In this document: positions 28,183-41,400 of the stretch, one piece after another
How the letters are laid out: each line of letters opens with the position of its first letter
Position numbering within the stretch: position 1 is the stretch's first letter
From: Amoebophrya sp. A120
Lineage: Eukaryota; Protista; Dinoflagellata
Length of the DNA stretch: 64,000 nucleotides
Direction of reading: 5' to 3'
Assembly: GCA_905178155.1 (NCBI GenBank)
Contig: CAJINV010000002.1
Coordinates: forward strand, 11,283,184-11,347,183
Translations under genes and position numbers: made by a program
The notes under the pieces: model-generated
The model's database searches: none
Told to the model about the DNA's origin: nothing
Seen by the model: only the letters and a program-made list of their open reading frames with translations

Positions 28183-28985
28183 GTGTTCGTGAAGGTCACC
28201 CTTTTGCGCAGTAGCAGCACCTCCGGGGGTCCGCCCAGACGTGCTTGCTTTCGTCCGCCGTTTATTGTCAGCGGACGCTTTGTATGAGATTCTTCAGAGT
28301 GCACAACTACGCCCCCTTCGCAGTAAGTACTTGATTCAAAGGCATGATCTACGGCGACATCACTGTCATTTCTTCTTGGATTTCCTCCCACAGCAGGGGA
28401 TCCGCACTTCTGAGGGGCTCGTTGGCAGCGGTGCTGTTAATATAATATGGAGGAGCTGTCCAGACCCACGACCAGTCGCCAGAGCGATAAGCGAAGCTTA
28501 ATACAGAATTCATTGTCCGGAACGATGCAACGGCTAATGAATGCGAAAAAAAAGCCTCAGCTGCATCATTCATGCATCTCTATGAAAATTCGACAAGCTC
28601 GTGGTACTGCTGCTCAAGTTTCCGGAAGTAGTTGTGACGCTCATCTAGAGTGCCGCGACAAGACAAAGAACGAGTGGAGAGGTAGACTTTAGTGTCGTGC
28701 ATATGACAAATCAGCTCGGGGAGCATCAGTTGTATTCGTGCACTCTCATATCTGTTTTGCTACAGACGTAGCGATTCCGAGTTCGTGCTTGTGTGGATGA
28801 ATTGCGGTCACGAGATCGAGCTCCAGCTTTTTTGTGGGAATCGTGCTGCCTACATAAATGTGCAATGCAAAAGTGCTGTCTCAGCCCCTCCTGGGAAAAA
28901 TGCAAAAGAAGAACTTGCGATCGTTGGAATGTCGGAGCAGGACACATCTCAGGAACAAGTTGCTCCATTGTCATTTTTGTGGTTT

Positions 28986-30150
28986 TATCCTGTGCAAAAG
29001 TATCGTACTCGTATAAATACGCTACTGGCATGCAAATAACTTCTCACCAACTTCTCACCAACTTGTGATCAACTTCTGACCAACCTTTTCACCAACTTCC
29101 CAGCTGTTGAGAAGTTGGCGTAGACCGCTTGCCGCGGTTGTTCGGAAGCTTGATGCGGAGCTGAAATCCACTCGAAACTCCCCACAAGCTTCTAGCTAGG
29201 ACAACTCAAAAGGAAAATCCCGGGCCTCGATTCGTGGCCGCGTGCCTGCGCAGTCACGATTCGGCTCCCGTGATCTTCGGTTGCTAAAGGTTGTGAAGGA
29301 TGGCTTGAAAATATCTTTTTCACGTGCAGCTGGATCCTTGCGGGATCCTCCACATAAAAGGATTGCTTTGGGCTTTTGGAGGCGTCATGAAAATTCTTGC
29401 ATGATGCCTCCAAAAGCTCGAAGCTTGTCGCGAAAATCGTCAGGATGTTCGTCGAGAAGCTGGTGGGAAGTGCATCGGGAAGTTGTTGAGAGGTTGTTGA
29501 GAAGTGGAGCACTGATTTGCGCATTAATTGATGCAGGACGCACGCAAAGTCGCTTTTTCTTGTGCAAAAAAATAAAAGGCAGCTTCTCAATTAATTAACT
29601 TCGTGAATTATACGCAGTTAATCAATTAGCTAATCAATTGACGCCGAGGGAGAATTGCACATGTCCAAAGCTTGTCCGCCCAAGCCGCGCGCAGCTCTCC
29701 ATCGTCGAGGGAAGCCGTCCTTCGCTTCCGTCTTTGATGGCTTCACGCAGGACAGGTGCGTGCGCGCAGACATCACGGCCGGCCGCGCTGTCTGCCGCCT
29801 CTTGTATATTACGGCTTTGCGCGTGATGCCGTCGTGCTAACTGATGAAACTGCACTGCAGATAAACGGGCAGAACGAGAGCGCGATCCTCGTTCCATTTA
29901 TCTACAGCGCTGTTCCTTCTAGCTCTTGCAGCTGCAGTGGCAACTGCAAGCAGCGAGCACGAGATAAACCGCAGCGACGGAGTGGCGCGACGTCGAGGCG
30001 AGAACTACGCCAGCACGTCGCGCAACTTCTCACCGACTTCCGCACCAACTTCGCGACCGACTTCCCAACGACTTCCCAACGACTTCTCCGGCAATTTATG
30101 CACAGAAACGCTAGCGGATTTATACGAGTACGATACTTTTGCACAGGATA
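28986..30150. mobile_element. 1165-bp non-autonomous DNA transposon (MITE-like), long member of family A
   Basis: Perfect 33-bp TIR tatcctgtgcaaaagtatcgtactcgtataaat; exact TSD ggttt at 28981-85 and 30151-55; internal ~11-bp ccaacttctca-type repeats in both orientations; no transposase ORF seen. Confidence 0.95.
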
Positions 30151-30501
30151 GGTTTAATACGGTTTACGCATTTACAAATGGCAAGTCTTCCAGCAGTCTT
30201 CATCTTCTTCTGTTCTCTTCCATATCCATCCCACTCTCCATGATGAAAAATACAGAAGAAGTAGAACGGAAAACAACTACTACCCATTTCTGGAAACAAT
30301 GTTCATCGGCATGTAAAGCCTGCTCCGAAAATCAATGTGGTTGTAACAAGTGACATGCATAGCGAAATTTCAGGTTCTGGCTCTGACTCTGTGGACCACG
30401 GACTGTTGCCAACTGTGGGTCGTCGAGGACCATGACAACATCGCTAGGACGAGAATGGAGTCGAGCGACTGATGAACATCCTCTTCTTCTAGCTTGCATC
30501 T

Positions 30502-32170
30502 TTATTCTTCGAGACGGAGACACTCCTCTTGCACATAGCGAAACGGGGAAAAGGTGCCAGTTGCGGTTCCTGCAATTGCAACACTATGACTACCCCGTGT
30601 CGAGTCGCGGTTGCTGGATATTGCTGGCCCTCGTGCCACAGCCCCAATCTCCTTGCTTACGAAGCCGGCGTCCGCGTCATGAGTATCCACTGCAGACTTT
30701 GTAGCAGCGCCTTCAGAGGAACTCGCTGCAAAGAGGTGTGTAAGCGACGACTGCAATTCCGCAGCGCGGTTCAAAACTGACCAGGGTTTGGGCACGTCGT
30801 CCACTTTCTGCTGAACAGCCGCACTGCTTCCCGATTTCGTAGCTTCGTCGAGCTGAGCGCGTTGCCCGAACGCAGTGTCCGAGACCGCTCCCTTCGAGTT
30901 AGCGCGGTCACCCTCGGTAATGTGCCTGCATAATCAGTGAGTGTCACTTATTACGACCTACTGTGCCAGTGCCACTGACATTTGCCAGATGTAGAATAAA
31001 ACTGAGCCGCTGCCGTAGCATCATCTCCATCAACTTGCTAAAGCTTCTCTTCTTCAACAGCTACTATACGATCTTTTTTGCCACCATTTGGGGTTGAGCA
31101 CGTAGTGTCGTCCGATCTACACCGAGTCACAAATGACTCGGAGGGACACGACGATGATCGCGTCGGTTTGTGCTATTGCTATTGCTTGTGATTGGATTTC
31201 GAACAAAGACAAAGACAAACACTACAGCAATTATATACACTTGATCCGATTCCGATGCAGCAGGAGGCACGACGGTGGTACCTGCGATTTCCTGACGCAC
31301 CCCTTGCTTCTCACTGATCATCAGCAAGTCCGCGGAGGGTGGCGCAGCACTTACTCCGCTGGTTTGGTAGTTTCCCGTAGTCATATTGAACTTGGCCGTA
31401 CCCTCTGTTTTCGTAAGCGTGGAAGGACTTGGGGCATCTGCGTCAGCGTCTCCTCCCACGGCTCCTCCAGGAAACTGCTGTGGCGCACCAGCGCTCTGGG
31501 AGTCACTGGTGACATAGTGAGGCAGCTCTGTCAATCCTGTCGAAAAAAGCCAGCACAAGCTTTATTTCATTCGCATGTTTTTCGCACGTCTTTACTTTTC
31601 GTAAAAGTTGTCATATGCTTATGGACAAGCATGGGCTGCATGAAAAAAGTTTAGTGCCAGGCACAACGAAACTCTTTTGACACGTCGTACTAGTATGACC
31701 AATCGTCATAGACATTTACTTGGCGGCCTCCGGAGTGGTGCCCGGCAATAGCGATTTTTTATAGATTTCTTCTATATTTGCGCTTGCCTTGTACTTGGTT
31801 CATTTCCCTTTCGTGGTTTACACCAAGTGGCAGAAGTTCAAGGATGTAGCTTTTTGCTAGTAATTTTCTGCTCTGGTAGCGTCATTCCGTTGCCCTGATA
31901 GCCATGCGGCGTCTCCGTGTCCTCGTTGCCGAGCAATACACTGCACCGTTTTCCTCCAAAATTTGCATGGCAGACGCACACTCCCCTCCGCTGGTTGCAC
32001 CATCCGTGCACGCACTTGCTCGCAGCCTCTTGCCCGCGGCAGTCATCCACATCTTCTCCGGAGCTCTGTGGTCCCGGCGGCAGTTGTCGTACCGACACTG
32101 CAGCAGTACTCTGGCCGCCACGCGCCAACGGGAAGGCGAAGACGTGGCAGACAAGCAAGAGGAGAAGCAT
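30502..32170 (-). CDS. Signal-peptide plus EGF-domain protein exons (possibly the 5' part of the EGF-repeat gene)
   Basis: MLLLLLVCHVFAFPLARG followed by CRGQEAASKCVHGWCNQRRGVCVCHANFGGKRC; further low-complexity frames at 31127-31558 and 30502-30900. Exon joins unresolved. Confidence 0.6.
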
Positions 32171-33199
32171 GCGGCTGCGGACCGACATACTGATAAGGTG
32201 CAGGGCTACAGCAAGGGGCCGCCCGATTCTGCCAACCCGGGCACACAGGGCGGCGCCCACGATCGACGCAACATCGATCTTGAGAGTTGTAGCTCTGCTC
32301 ACGCGACGCACATTTTAGCACAAGAGCACTATAGGTATTCCTTGTATGATGTGCTGCAACTCCAACTGTTGAAAAGGAACGCGTCGCGTTGGCGATGGCG
32401 GTGATGAGTGTCCAGTAAAAAATCTTGAGGAGTTTATATTTAGTGAGTATCACGCCGTCGAGTAGCAGCACAAATCCTTGGACTATTTCGGGCTCGGCCT
32501 CGCCTTCGGCTAACATCCAAATCAATGCAAATGAGTTTGTCGGTGACAAATAGAGCACATTGTCGTTGCTGTCTGGTGTTCCCCTCGAGGACACCTACTG
32601 AACGTACTAGTCAAAATCGCTTCCTTGTTCCCGAGAAAGCCAAAAGCGAAAGGGGAAGTTTTATCTGGCCTCGGTTTCGCTACAAATCAATAACTTTCAG
32701 CACTATGGATGCATATGCTCGTTGCACCTGTTCTCCTGGTTTTGTAAAGAAGCTCAAAACAACTCTCGGTCGTCCCCTTTTTTTTCCGTTACGCTAAACA
32801 GGCTACGGCTAGCAATTTAGCAGCCAGCGCGATAGTTTTTTCAGGCAGTATCTACGTCTACGTCGTAACACTGACCGAATTGGGTTGAAAACACAAATAG
32901 TCTGTACCTACTGAATATTGATATTGTGCTGTCCCTCCTAGCACTTCTTCGTATCGTTGTAGTCGTCGTTTTCAAACTCAATCTCATGAAAGAGGTATGT
33001 TATTTGTTCTATTCGATTTGTTTTGTGGAAAAGACGGATGGAGAAACGACGAAACATCTGAAACCTTAAACGCTGGCAACCAATGCAAGCGGGGCGGCCT
33101 TCTCCAGTCGATGTGGGCGAAGGAATGGGCATGGAGGTCGTAGGCGAAGGTGAGAAAAAAAAGTAGATACGAAAGGATACTTGTAGTCACCGGCCCAAA

Positions 33200-34610
33200 C
33201 AACAACCGGCAAGGGCGAGGGCAGTCAGGACGCTACCGGTCGTCCAAGGTTTCTCCGTCGCCGTGTCCGCAACGCCCCTCGCCGTGGTATATATGTATCC
33301 TCTGCAAAATTATCGCACTCGTATAAAGATATTAAACAGCAACCTTGCAACATGAAAGGAGATTTGCTTTCCTATTCACCTATTCCCGAATCTGCATCAT
33401 AAATTTTCCACTTCCAGTTCCACCTAAAGATATTATTCATTTTATACGATACCTGTACGATACTTCTGCAATGCATATCACTGTTGTAGCAACTGGGTCG
33501 GCTGCGCTACGGAGTGTATTACACAAGTTGCATTGACGGTGGCCTCTCCGGACGAGCTCCGACTGATTGCTTCCAGCTTGCATGAATGCGCTTCCAGAAG
33601 TAGCCGCAGGACTTCCAGAAGACGTGGAAGCGGAGGCCGCAGCGCACATTGCACAGTTCCACTGCTGCGGATTCAAGCGCGCACCAGTGTCAGCGACCTG
33701 AGCGGCGCATTGTGGCGGCAATTCGTCGCTGCTGTCAATGTATCCATCTCCATTCGTGTCCAGCCTGACAAACGCGATCGCCGCTAGGATGCCGATTGTG
33801 GGGTCACTGTCCATCAATGCCTTTGTCCTTGTCCACGTATTCCCCTCGGTCGCCTTCCACAAACGCCGCAGCGATTTTCTTGTCCAGGTCTTTTTGCTTC
33901 TTGGCACGATCCTCGCTTGCTGCAGTCGGACCCCCCTCGTCCGATTCGGACTTTACCACCAGGTCCTCGTAAGCGTACAAATCCTCGACGCTCCCGGTGT
34001 AAATCTTGCGCAGGTCGAGTGCCGGAGCAGCGGATGCAGTGCTTATTTCCGACGCGGCAACGTCCGCGGTGAAGGAGGGCCCGCTTTGCTGCAACGCATC
34101 TCCAGAGGTCGTAGTAGGTCCGGATGGAGGAGCTGGAGCTGCTCCCGATGAATCCACAGGCGCGATTTCCAGCGCAGACAGCTTGGCAGCCAGAACCGCA
34201 CCAGCGGAGGTTGCTCCTGCTTCCTCCGCACCTGCAGCGGTTGCCCCACTGTATTCAGACACATCAAGACCCTGCTGACCACCGTCCTGCGTCACTGCGA
34301 TGGCATTCGTTATCCCTGCTGGAACGACACCAGCTTGGTCTACGTAAAGAGAACCTCGCAGATGGGGGAGCGTGACGTCCGTGCCCGCGTTCCCGGTCTC
34401 CACGGCCCCGGCGGTCCCACCGGAGCTAGCCGGTTGCCCCTCCTCCGTGGTGGGGTCATCAATGCGGTTGCGCTGGAACTGCTTGTTGGCCGAAATAAGA
34501 TAGCTCAAATGATGGAACGCAAAAAGATAGGCGTGCATTGCAAAGCTCAGAGTGTTGCTACAGCTGGCTTTCGCCAGTGCCTTCCGCTGTTGTCGCGCCG
34601 TCATCATCAA
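33200..34610 (-). CDS. EF-hand-containing protein with an apparent frame change near 33810
   Basis: AFVRLDTNGDGYIDSSDE is a canonical EF-hand loop; Ala/Gly/Thr-rich N-terminal frame; continues after the 33296-33477 introner as TVYTTARGVADTATEKPW. Ends approximate. Confidence 0.6.
33296..33477. mobile_element. Family-A introner, diverged
   Basis: tatcctctgcaaaattatcgcactcgtataaa ... tacgatacttctgcaatgcata. Confidence 0.85.
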
Positions 34611-35483
34611 TTTAAGGGGTGCGTAATCCGCGGCGTGCTGCTCTCAATCGTCCTTCATCTGCTTGACACCAAAGCGGACGTGGGTCTTCGCCGACGACGC
34701 GCGAGACGTCCCCGCCTACCCTGGTCGTCCTCGACGTAGTAGCTCGCTTCGCACTTTTTCTAGACGACGGAAACTGCGGTATTATCGCAGCAAGATTGAA
34801 TCAGATAGCCCCAACGTCCCCGGGAACGAGGGCTCTCTTGAGATACCTTGCAGAGCGCGCGCCTTTGCGGCCCTATCCACTGCGCTGCAGAAACTCTCAG
34901 CACCGGCAGTCGGCCAACCGCGGCCTCCCGGTTCACATATAATAAATGTAGCACAAGGACTATTACTTGCTCCTGACAGTGTGAGAAGAGAGAGAGCACA
35001 ATTAATTGACACGAAGCGGTGGACTCGCAACGCACCTCCAAGGAAGTGGCCGGGCACAAACAACGCACCAATGAACTCGCAAAAATCTTAGTCTTATGTG
35101 TATCAAATAATGCAAACCCAAACACCCATGGCAGGAGTTCCTGATCCGATTGCAGCTACTACATCTTGTTCAATTAAATGAAAATGAATCACATTACCTC
35201 TCACTTCGTCGCTCGTCTCATTGGAATCTCTAGAACATGATGTGCATTGATATTGTTGAGGAGCGTAGCGCTCCGTGCGTGGCGCGCAGTGCATCAAGAT
35301 CAAACCATACCACTCCTACTTGTTTTTTGCTGCAGCAGATAACGGTAGCTTGATGCAGCACGATTGCACTGTGCCTAGGCTTGCAATTCAGGTGGAGGTA
35401 GCCTCAGGATACCATCAAATGCAGCGTTAGAAGCGATTCCGATTTTTTACATATTGAATCTTAATAAGTTAAAAAAGTTTGTC

Positions 35484-38400
35484 TTATCTACTCGGTGCAC
35501 TTACTCCTAAAGACTGCTCGTCAAGAGCATCAGCATGGGCTGACGGAGTGGTACTAGAGGTCGCGGTCGAGGTCGGCGAGATCATGATCTCTGGCCCTGT
35601 GCCTGATCCGGGAGGTGCGGACTTGGGGTTGCGCACAAAATCGACTACCCCTTCGTACCAGAAATGCGTTCCCACCTCCATCAGACTGTGCCCATCAGGT
35701 CCAATGATCGCAGTGCGGTCCCCGAAGTGCACCGTCCCCAGGTTGCTCCGCTCGTAGAAAACTCTCTTCGGGGACCGCACAGTCTGGTTGGACCCATTCG
35801 TGCCCTCGCTGTGCGCCCCGGTCGAGGCCCGACGCGAGTTTTTCTTGTTGCCACGGGTACTCGAACTCATGCCTCCGATCCGCCCTCCAGGAAGCAGTGC
35901 GGTCTTGTTCACCGCGTCCCCGTCTGGGAGGTGCTGCATCTCCAAGTCTCCAAAAAGGTTCGTATCAGGGTTCACGTTTATCCTGCGCAAAAGCAAAAGC
36001 ATCAACGTACGCACATTGCTTCTATCTTGCTCTGTTGCTGTTCGCAATCATTTCATTGCATGACAAGCATGCTTTCGCTTCCCCTTCGCTTCCACATCCT
36101 TTCATCATCTACTAGCATCACAAGAGCATCAACATTCTACTGCCAAATACAGTTGAGGATGCAAAGACAAAGATCATACAGTTGCGTCTCCGTTACTTTT
36201 GCAGCGCATACCGTCATCACTTGAACCGAGCCCAAAATGCTCCAGGTTGTCCCGCGGAAAAGCCGCAGACATTGCCAAGGGAGACTCGCCGTACATCTGC
36301 TCATCCTCGCCGTCCTCGTCTACGCCATCTGCATCCAGATATGAGAGTGTCACGCCTGGGAGACTGTCGTCCTCCTCTGGAACGGTATACAAACACTAAA
36401 GACTTTGACTGTGCCGCACATGGGAGTGTAAGAGCAAGAGCTTCTTTCTTGCATCACAAAGAAACATCAGGTTCAGGGGAGCGATCATAGGAACGAACTA
36501 TTACAAACAAAAAGAGAGCCGATGAAATCAATCGGTGAAGTTCCTCTACTGTTGGAATGCTGGGAGTAAATCCACCAAAAATAGATACCTCACAGCCTGT
36601 CCCCGACGACCAGGATGCAGCAAAATCTGTCTGTCATGCTCATGCATCGGCATTGCTGCCGCTTTCCGCAACAGGAATCGAGGACGCCATCATGACAAGA
36701 GTATTCGTCAATGAAGCAAGACAAATAGAAATAGGTTCCAGTTCGACTTTCGCAGAATCCAGCTATGATTGCTTTTCTTTCGTATCACATTGCGCAGTGT
36801 CAGCATTGAACACGGGCTCAACGTCTTCACAGCGGCACACCCAGAAAGCAGAGAGATAAACTGTTGTAAAAAGTTTCATACCTCCCTATCGATATCTTCT
36901 GTCAAAATGCTGAGTATACGCATCTTGATATCTATCATATTGCATCAACATCACCAGCGTCATCAAATACTGGTGATTTCGTGGTCTTCCTATCTCGAAC
37001 CATCGAAAAACAGGTACAAAGGTACGTTCCCAGATGAAATCTAGCCGCGCATCGCTGGATCATTTCTAAACAAATGTAAAAAAGTAAATCTCCGTACCCC
37101 ATAAAGCGGCGAAGGAGCTGATTGCTCGGTCATTTCTTCCAGCTGTCGTGCGTGATCATTGCCAGTACGGTTGCCGAGGTCATCTCGATCTCCTTCATCT
37201 CTGACCTCCGGCTTGGTGATTGTGATACTCTCTGCAGAATTGTCTTTGTCCACCTTCATGTCACACGTATCAACACGGAGAAGACCGCTGCTTCACCTGT
37301 TACTTTTGCCTCACTAGTACAAGGATCAACTTTGGAGCACCGTCTCCTCATACAGACTTGTATTCGCTTTTTCGTTCAAGTAGGGAACCAGGCACTGCAA
37401 CTCGTTTTTATTTTTCTCGTGCGCCTCCGCTTGGCCTTCGTCGCGCTGTATGAATGTGTACAACAAGCCATGCGTTTTATATTATCCTAGCACTAGAACT
37501 AGCGTAAGGGTAAGCGTCAGGAACAGGATTGTACGGAGCATAATTTTCCTGCAGGACCCACCAACGTACGACTGCGCCATTGAGCAGGAGAAGTATTTCG
37601 TCGGCACAGCGGTTCTGCGTAGTTCCTCTCTTGGCACCTCGCGTCGTGGCATCAGGAGAACCAGGACCCGAAACCGTGTCTGAGTTATTTACTTTCATCG
37701 TCGAATGTACACTCGGAAGATCTTGCTCGACCCACAGTGGACAGCCGTGCAGCAGCATCACTACGTCTCCTTTTCGCAAGGGCCGCAGCTCCGCCTCGAT
37801 GCTGCTTTCCTTCTCCTTGGAATGCGCAATGACCTTCGTGGTGGTCCCCGGCGACGAGGTATTTCTCTCTGATCCCGATACTACGGCTTGCACGTTATAA
37901 TTCGCAGGTGACACAACATCCGAATTCAGCGCCGCTTCTTCCCTTTCGCTCGTGGGGTCGCTGGACGAGCTGCTTGCTGTCCTGTCAGAGGATCCCCCCA
38001 CGAGAGCCGATGTGCACAAAGTCCACGACTCTGTGTCCACTCCGAAGAGCATCACGCAGAAAACATGACTCCGTGGAATCTAGCTTGTTTCATCTGTTTC
38101 TCCATTTCATGATAATTTATCACTGTCCCGAAGACAAGATGCAAGTCCTAGTCCACAGCGAGAAGTACCAAAACACGTGGCCTGTGCGCAAATCACTGAG
38201 CCTCAACGACATTCCATACTTGTCAGGTCCGATTTCGGGAATTTCTATTTGCGATTGGGCTTGCCATTTTCGCGTGCAGACAAAGTAAATGTATGGTCCT
38301 CGTATTTTCTGCAGGATAAAATCCACCTGCTCGCGCTTGTTTTTTCCGAATCCGAATCTTAGACCCATCATGCTTCCGCTTTTGTTTGATGGTGACGCTA

Positions 38401-41400
38401 CGACCTCGAACTGAATCTGGCGAAATACCCACTTCTCCTCGTCGTAATCATGCAGCTTGTCGCACAGTTCAGGACCGCTAAAATAGTCCAGGCTGTCCAC
38501 CGATCCTCTGGAAAAGATCTTGCACCGTCTTTGCGATCACCTAAACTACCTACAATAGCTGTAAGTAATATGTCAGAATGTGAATGATACTAGGAAGGTC
38601 TCGAGCGTATTTCTATTTTGGGGTCGAGCGTACTTCTAATGCAACATCTGCATGATCTGCCCGCTCTATTATACTACACCAGTTTACACCAGCAAGAAAC
38701 TATGGGGTCGTCAACGTTGTATTTGCCTCAGACCGTAAAAAAAATTCTTCGCGCATTTTTTCGCGGCGCAAAGCTAGTAAACCTGTGCACGCTAGTGAGG
38801 GGCTGACTTGAACGCGGTTTGTTTTACCTAGCTTGTCAGCAACACTGCTCCAGTAGGTAAGTGAGTATTGACGCGAAGGGGGGCGGGGCGCTGGGGGTTC
38901 TTCTGTGGCTGATGTTTCCACCTAGAAAACGCCGGGCGCGCGCAATATTTTTCTCATTTTTCCGGATTGCTCTCTCCGTGCAGCTATTTGCCGCTATGGC
39001 CTGGGTCAGCGTGTGAGGCTGGAAACGCCCCGCGAGATGTCTACACAGGCCCTGGCCTCGTCGTCTCTAGCAGGCACCACGCACACATGTTGGCCGCGAA
39101 GGCCTTTCCGGAGCCCTTCCAAAAAGGGGGAGCCGGAGGGGTGCCCGGAACCCTAAAAAAAAGCCTATTGCTTTTTCTTCGAATCACGATGGTGCTACCC
39201 CTCCCCAAAAGGGGTCCCGGAACCCCTCTGGGAACCCTTCCCGAAAGGCTCTCGGGCTTTTCGCATTTTGCCGAAAAAGCCGCAAAGGCAAAATGCGCGC
39301 GCGCCTGCCGGTACACGCGTGCACAGCTGCGCGACATTAGAAACAAGGGGAGGCGCAGCCGCGGCCGATTCCGTTTGCGCCCTCGACTCCGACCGACTTG
39401 CACAGATTGAGGCCCATTGTCTAGCGGCTGGACTGCAAGAGGACCTGCTGCAGCACCTCCTGGCTGCAGGGGCGCTCCGAGGCAAGTCCGTGGAGCAGCA
39501 GCGCCGGATAGCTCCGTCTTTAGCCACTGAGAAGCGCTGCGAATAGGCTAGCGATTTCATTAGGTGTGCAACATAGTGGGGGGCTATACGTGTGCAACAT
39601 GATGGATATCAAATACAAAAAAAGGCGCGCGGAAAATTTTTTACAGCTTGAGGCAAATACAAGTTTGACGACGCCATAGAAACCTCGCGTCCAGCAACAG
39701 CATCAGCAGACAAAATTTCCTCTTTGAAAAACACAGCAAAGCGCCCGATGATTCAAATTCTTTCGTACACAAGCAATGCATTTTGTGTGTGCGTGAGCGA
39801 TGCTTTTCACTTTTGCAGTGCGTACCACCGTGAAAATGGAAAACGCGCTGCCATCCAGGCCTCCGCCGCTTGGACTTTGTGTACTCCCTGCGCCGGACGG
39901 TGAGGCAACTGATTTTTTTTCGTTGCTCGAATGCCTTTCGCTGCTTCCTGCGCTCGTCACATGGTCCGCTACCTCTGTTTCTGGCCCACTGGTGGTCGCG
40001 GTAGATCTGGTGGCTCCCGTTCCAGCAGTAGAGGCAGCTTCTACGTCTTGTTGCGCGGTGAATTTCTGTATTGACGCCGTTTGCAGCGGTGTCACCACTT
40101 CGGTGGTTTTCTTCGCAGCGATGCTTCCGTCCTGATCTACCGATTCCTGCTTTACTGCAAGGGGTGACGCGGAAGAGCTTTTTTGCTCGCCCTCGCCCGC
40201 AGCTTGGCTTGCATTGGGGCTCGCAGGGGATCTACTTCCCGAAGGACTCGTCGTCTGGTGAACAAACGAGAAAGGGGTATCCTGTGCAAAAGTATCGCAC
40301 TCGTAGTAATCGCAATCATGCATTACAAATCTCCATCCCAAGGCAAAACAGCATGACAAATTCCATTTGTCGTGCTGAGCTAATTTGTATTGCAATTACT
40401 ACTAGTACGATAGTTTTGCAGTTCATAAGGGGTTACCTCCAACAAGTCGTGGCCCTCCTCGACTGGAATCTCGGATGATATTACGCTTTTGGTTTTTTCG
40501 TCAACTGCATCGAATGCAAAAAACGTTATGTTCTGAACAAGAGTCAGCAAGTTCCACACACCGCTTTTTGAATGCCTGGTTGCTGTGAAGTGTGTGCCTG
40601 AGCTTGAGCGTCGTGAATCATGATCATGGAGCATGCATCTTTACGGGTTTCGCGAGCGCACCTCACTCCGTCGGAATCATGCCCCTCTGGCACGAGAAGC
40701 TCGGCGTTTGAACAAATTAAACCATGGCACGACTCCTGCTGCGATTCATGCGTGAATACAATAGAAAGAAGATGAGCAGCTTCTTAATGTCCCTTTGTCT
40801 TGTATAAATAAACAGACGTTGACGTTCTACTTTTTAGCTGCGACTTCAATGGTTCACCTGTTATCAGTGAAAGCACTGCCACACTACCCAGACACGTTTT
40901 GCAAATTCGGCGTGGATAACCCGGGTCGTTGATGGCCGGCCCCTGCTCGGTCGTGGGCGTATTCGATTTCGAGCCGGACGTCTCGAAGGACAGGGTTACG
41001 GAATCCGAAATGATGTCAACGTCAAACAGGTCGGCATCGAGGGAGGACTCAAACTTCAGCTCGTGCTGCTGTTTGCAACTCCTCCCTTGCATAGAGGTCG
41101 ACGACGAGGGGGAAGAGCTTGTGGGTGCGGTCGGGTCGAAACTAGGATGGTGGTCCCCAGCGGACTGCCCGGCGGACTGGAGCAGCTTTCGCGAAAAGGT
41201 GTTTCTGTCGTTGCTCTGTTGCAGGTAGGCCCGGCTCGCCTCCGAGGGCGCGAAGCCCCCGAAGTATTCTTGCATACTGCCATTCTGCTGCTGGCGCTGA
41301 AGCATACCCCCTCGTTCGGACGTTGCGACTCCGCCGCCGACTCCCCCCGTATGCATTGCAAAAGTATCGTACTAGTACAAATTGCATTACAAATTCTTTC

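Noticed and set aside
28986-39678. Transposase within the two long elements
   Set aside because: Only short ORFs (under 150 aa) with no DDE or zinc-finger pattern.
25101-40395. Similar peptides MHYKFPQQEKWNLSC...YEYDTFAQD (25101) and MQYKLAQHDKWNLSC...YECDTFAQD (40395) as an element-encoded protein
   Set aside because: They reflect DNA similarity between family-A copies; too short, and the frame is not kept in the 41350 copy.
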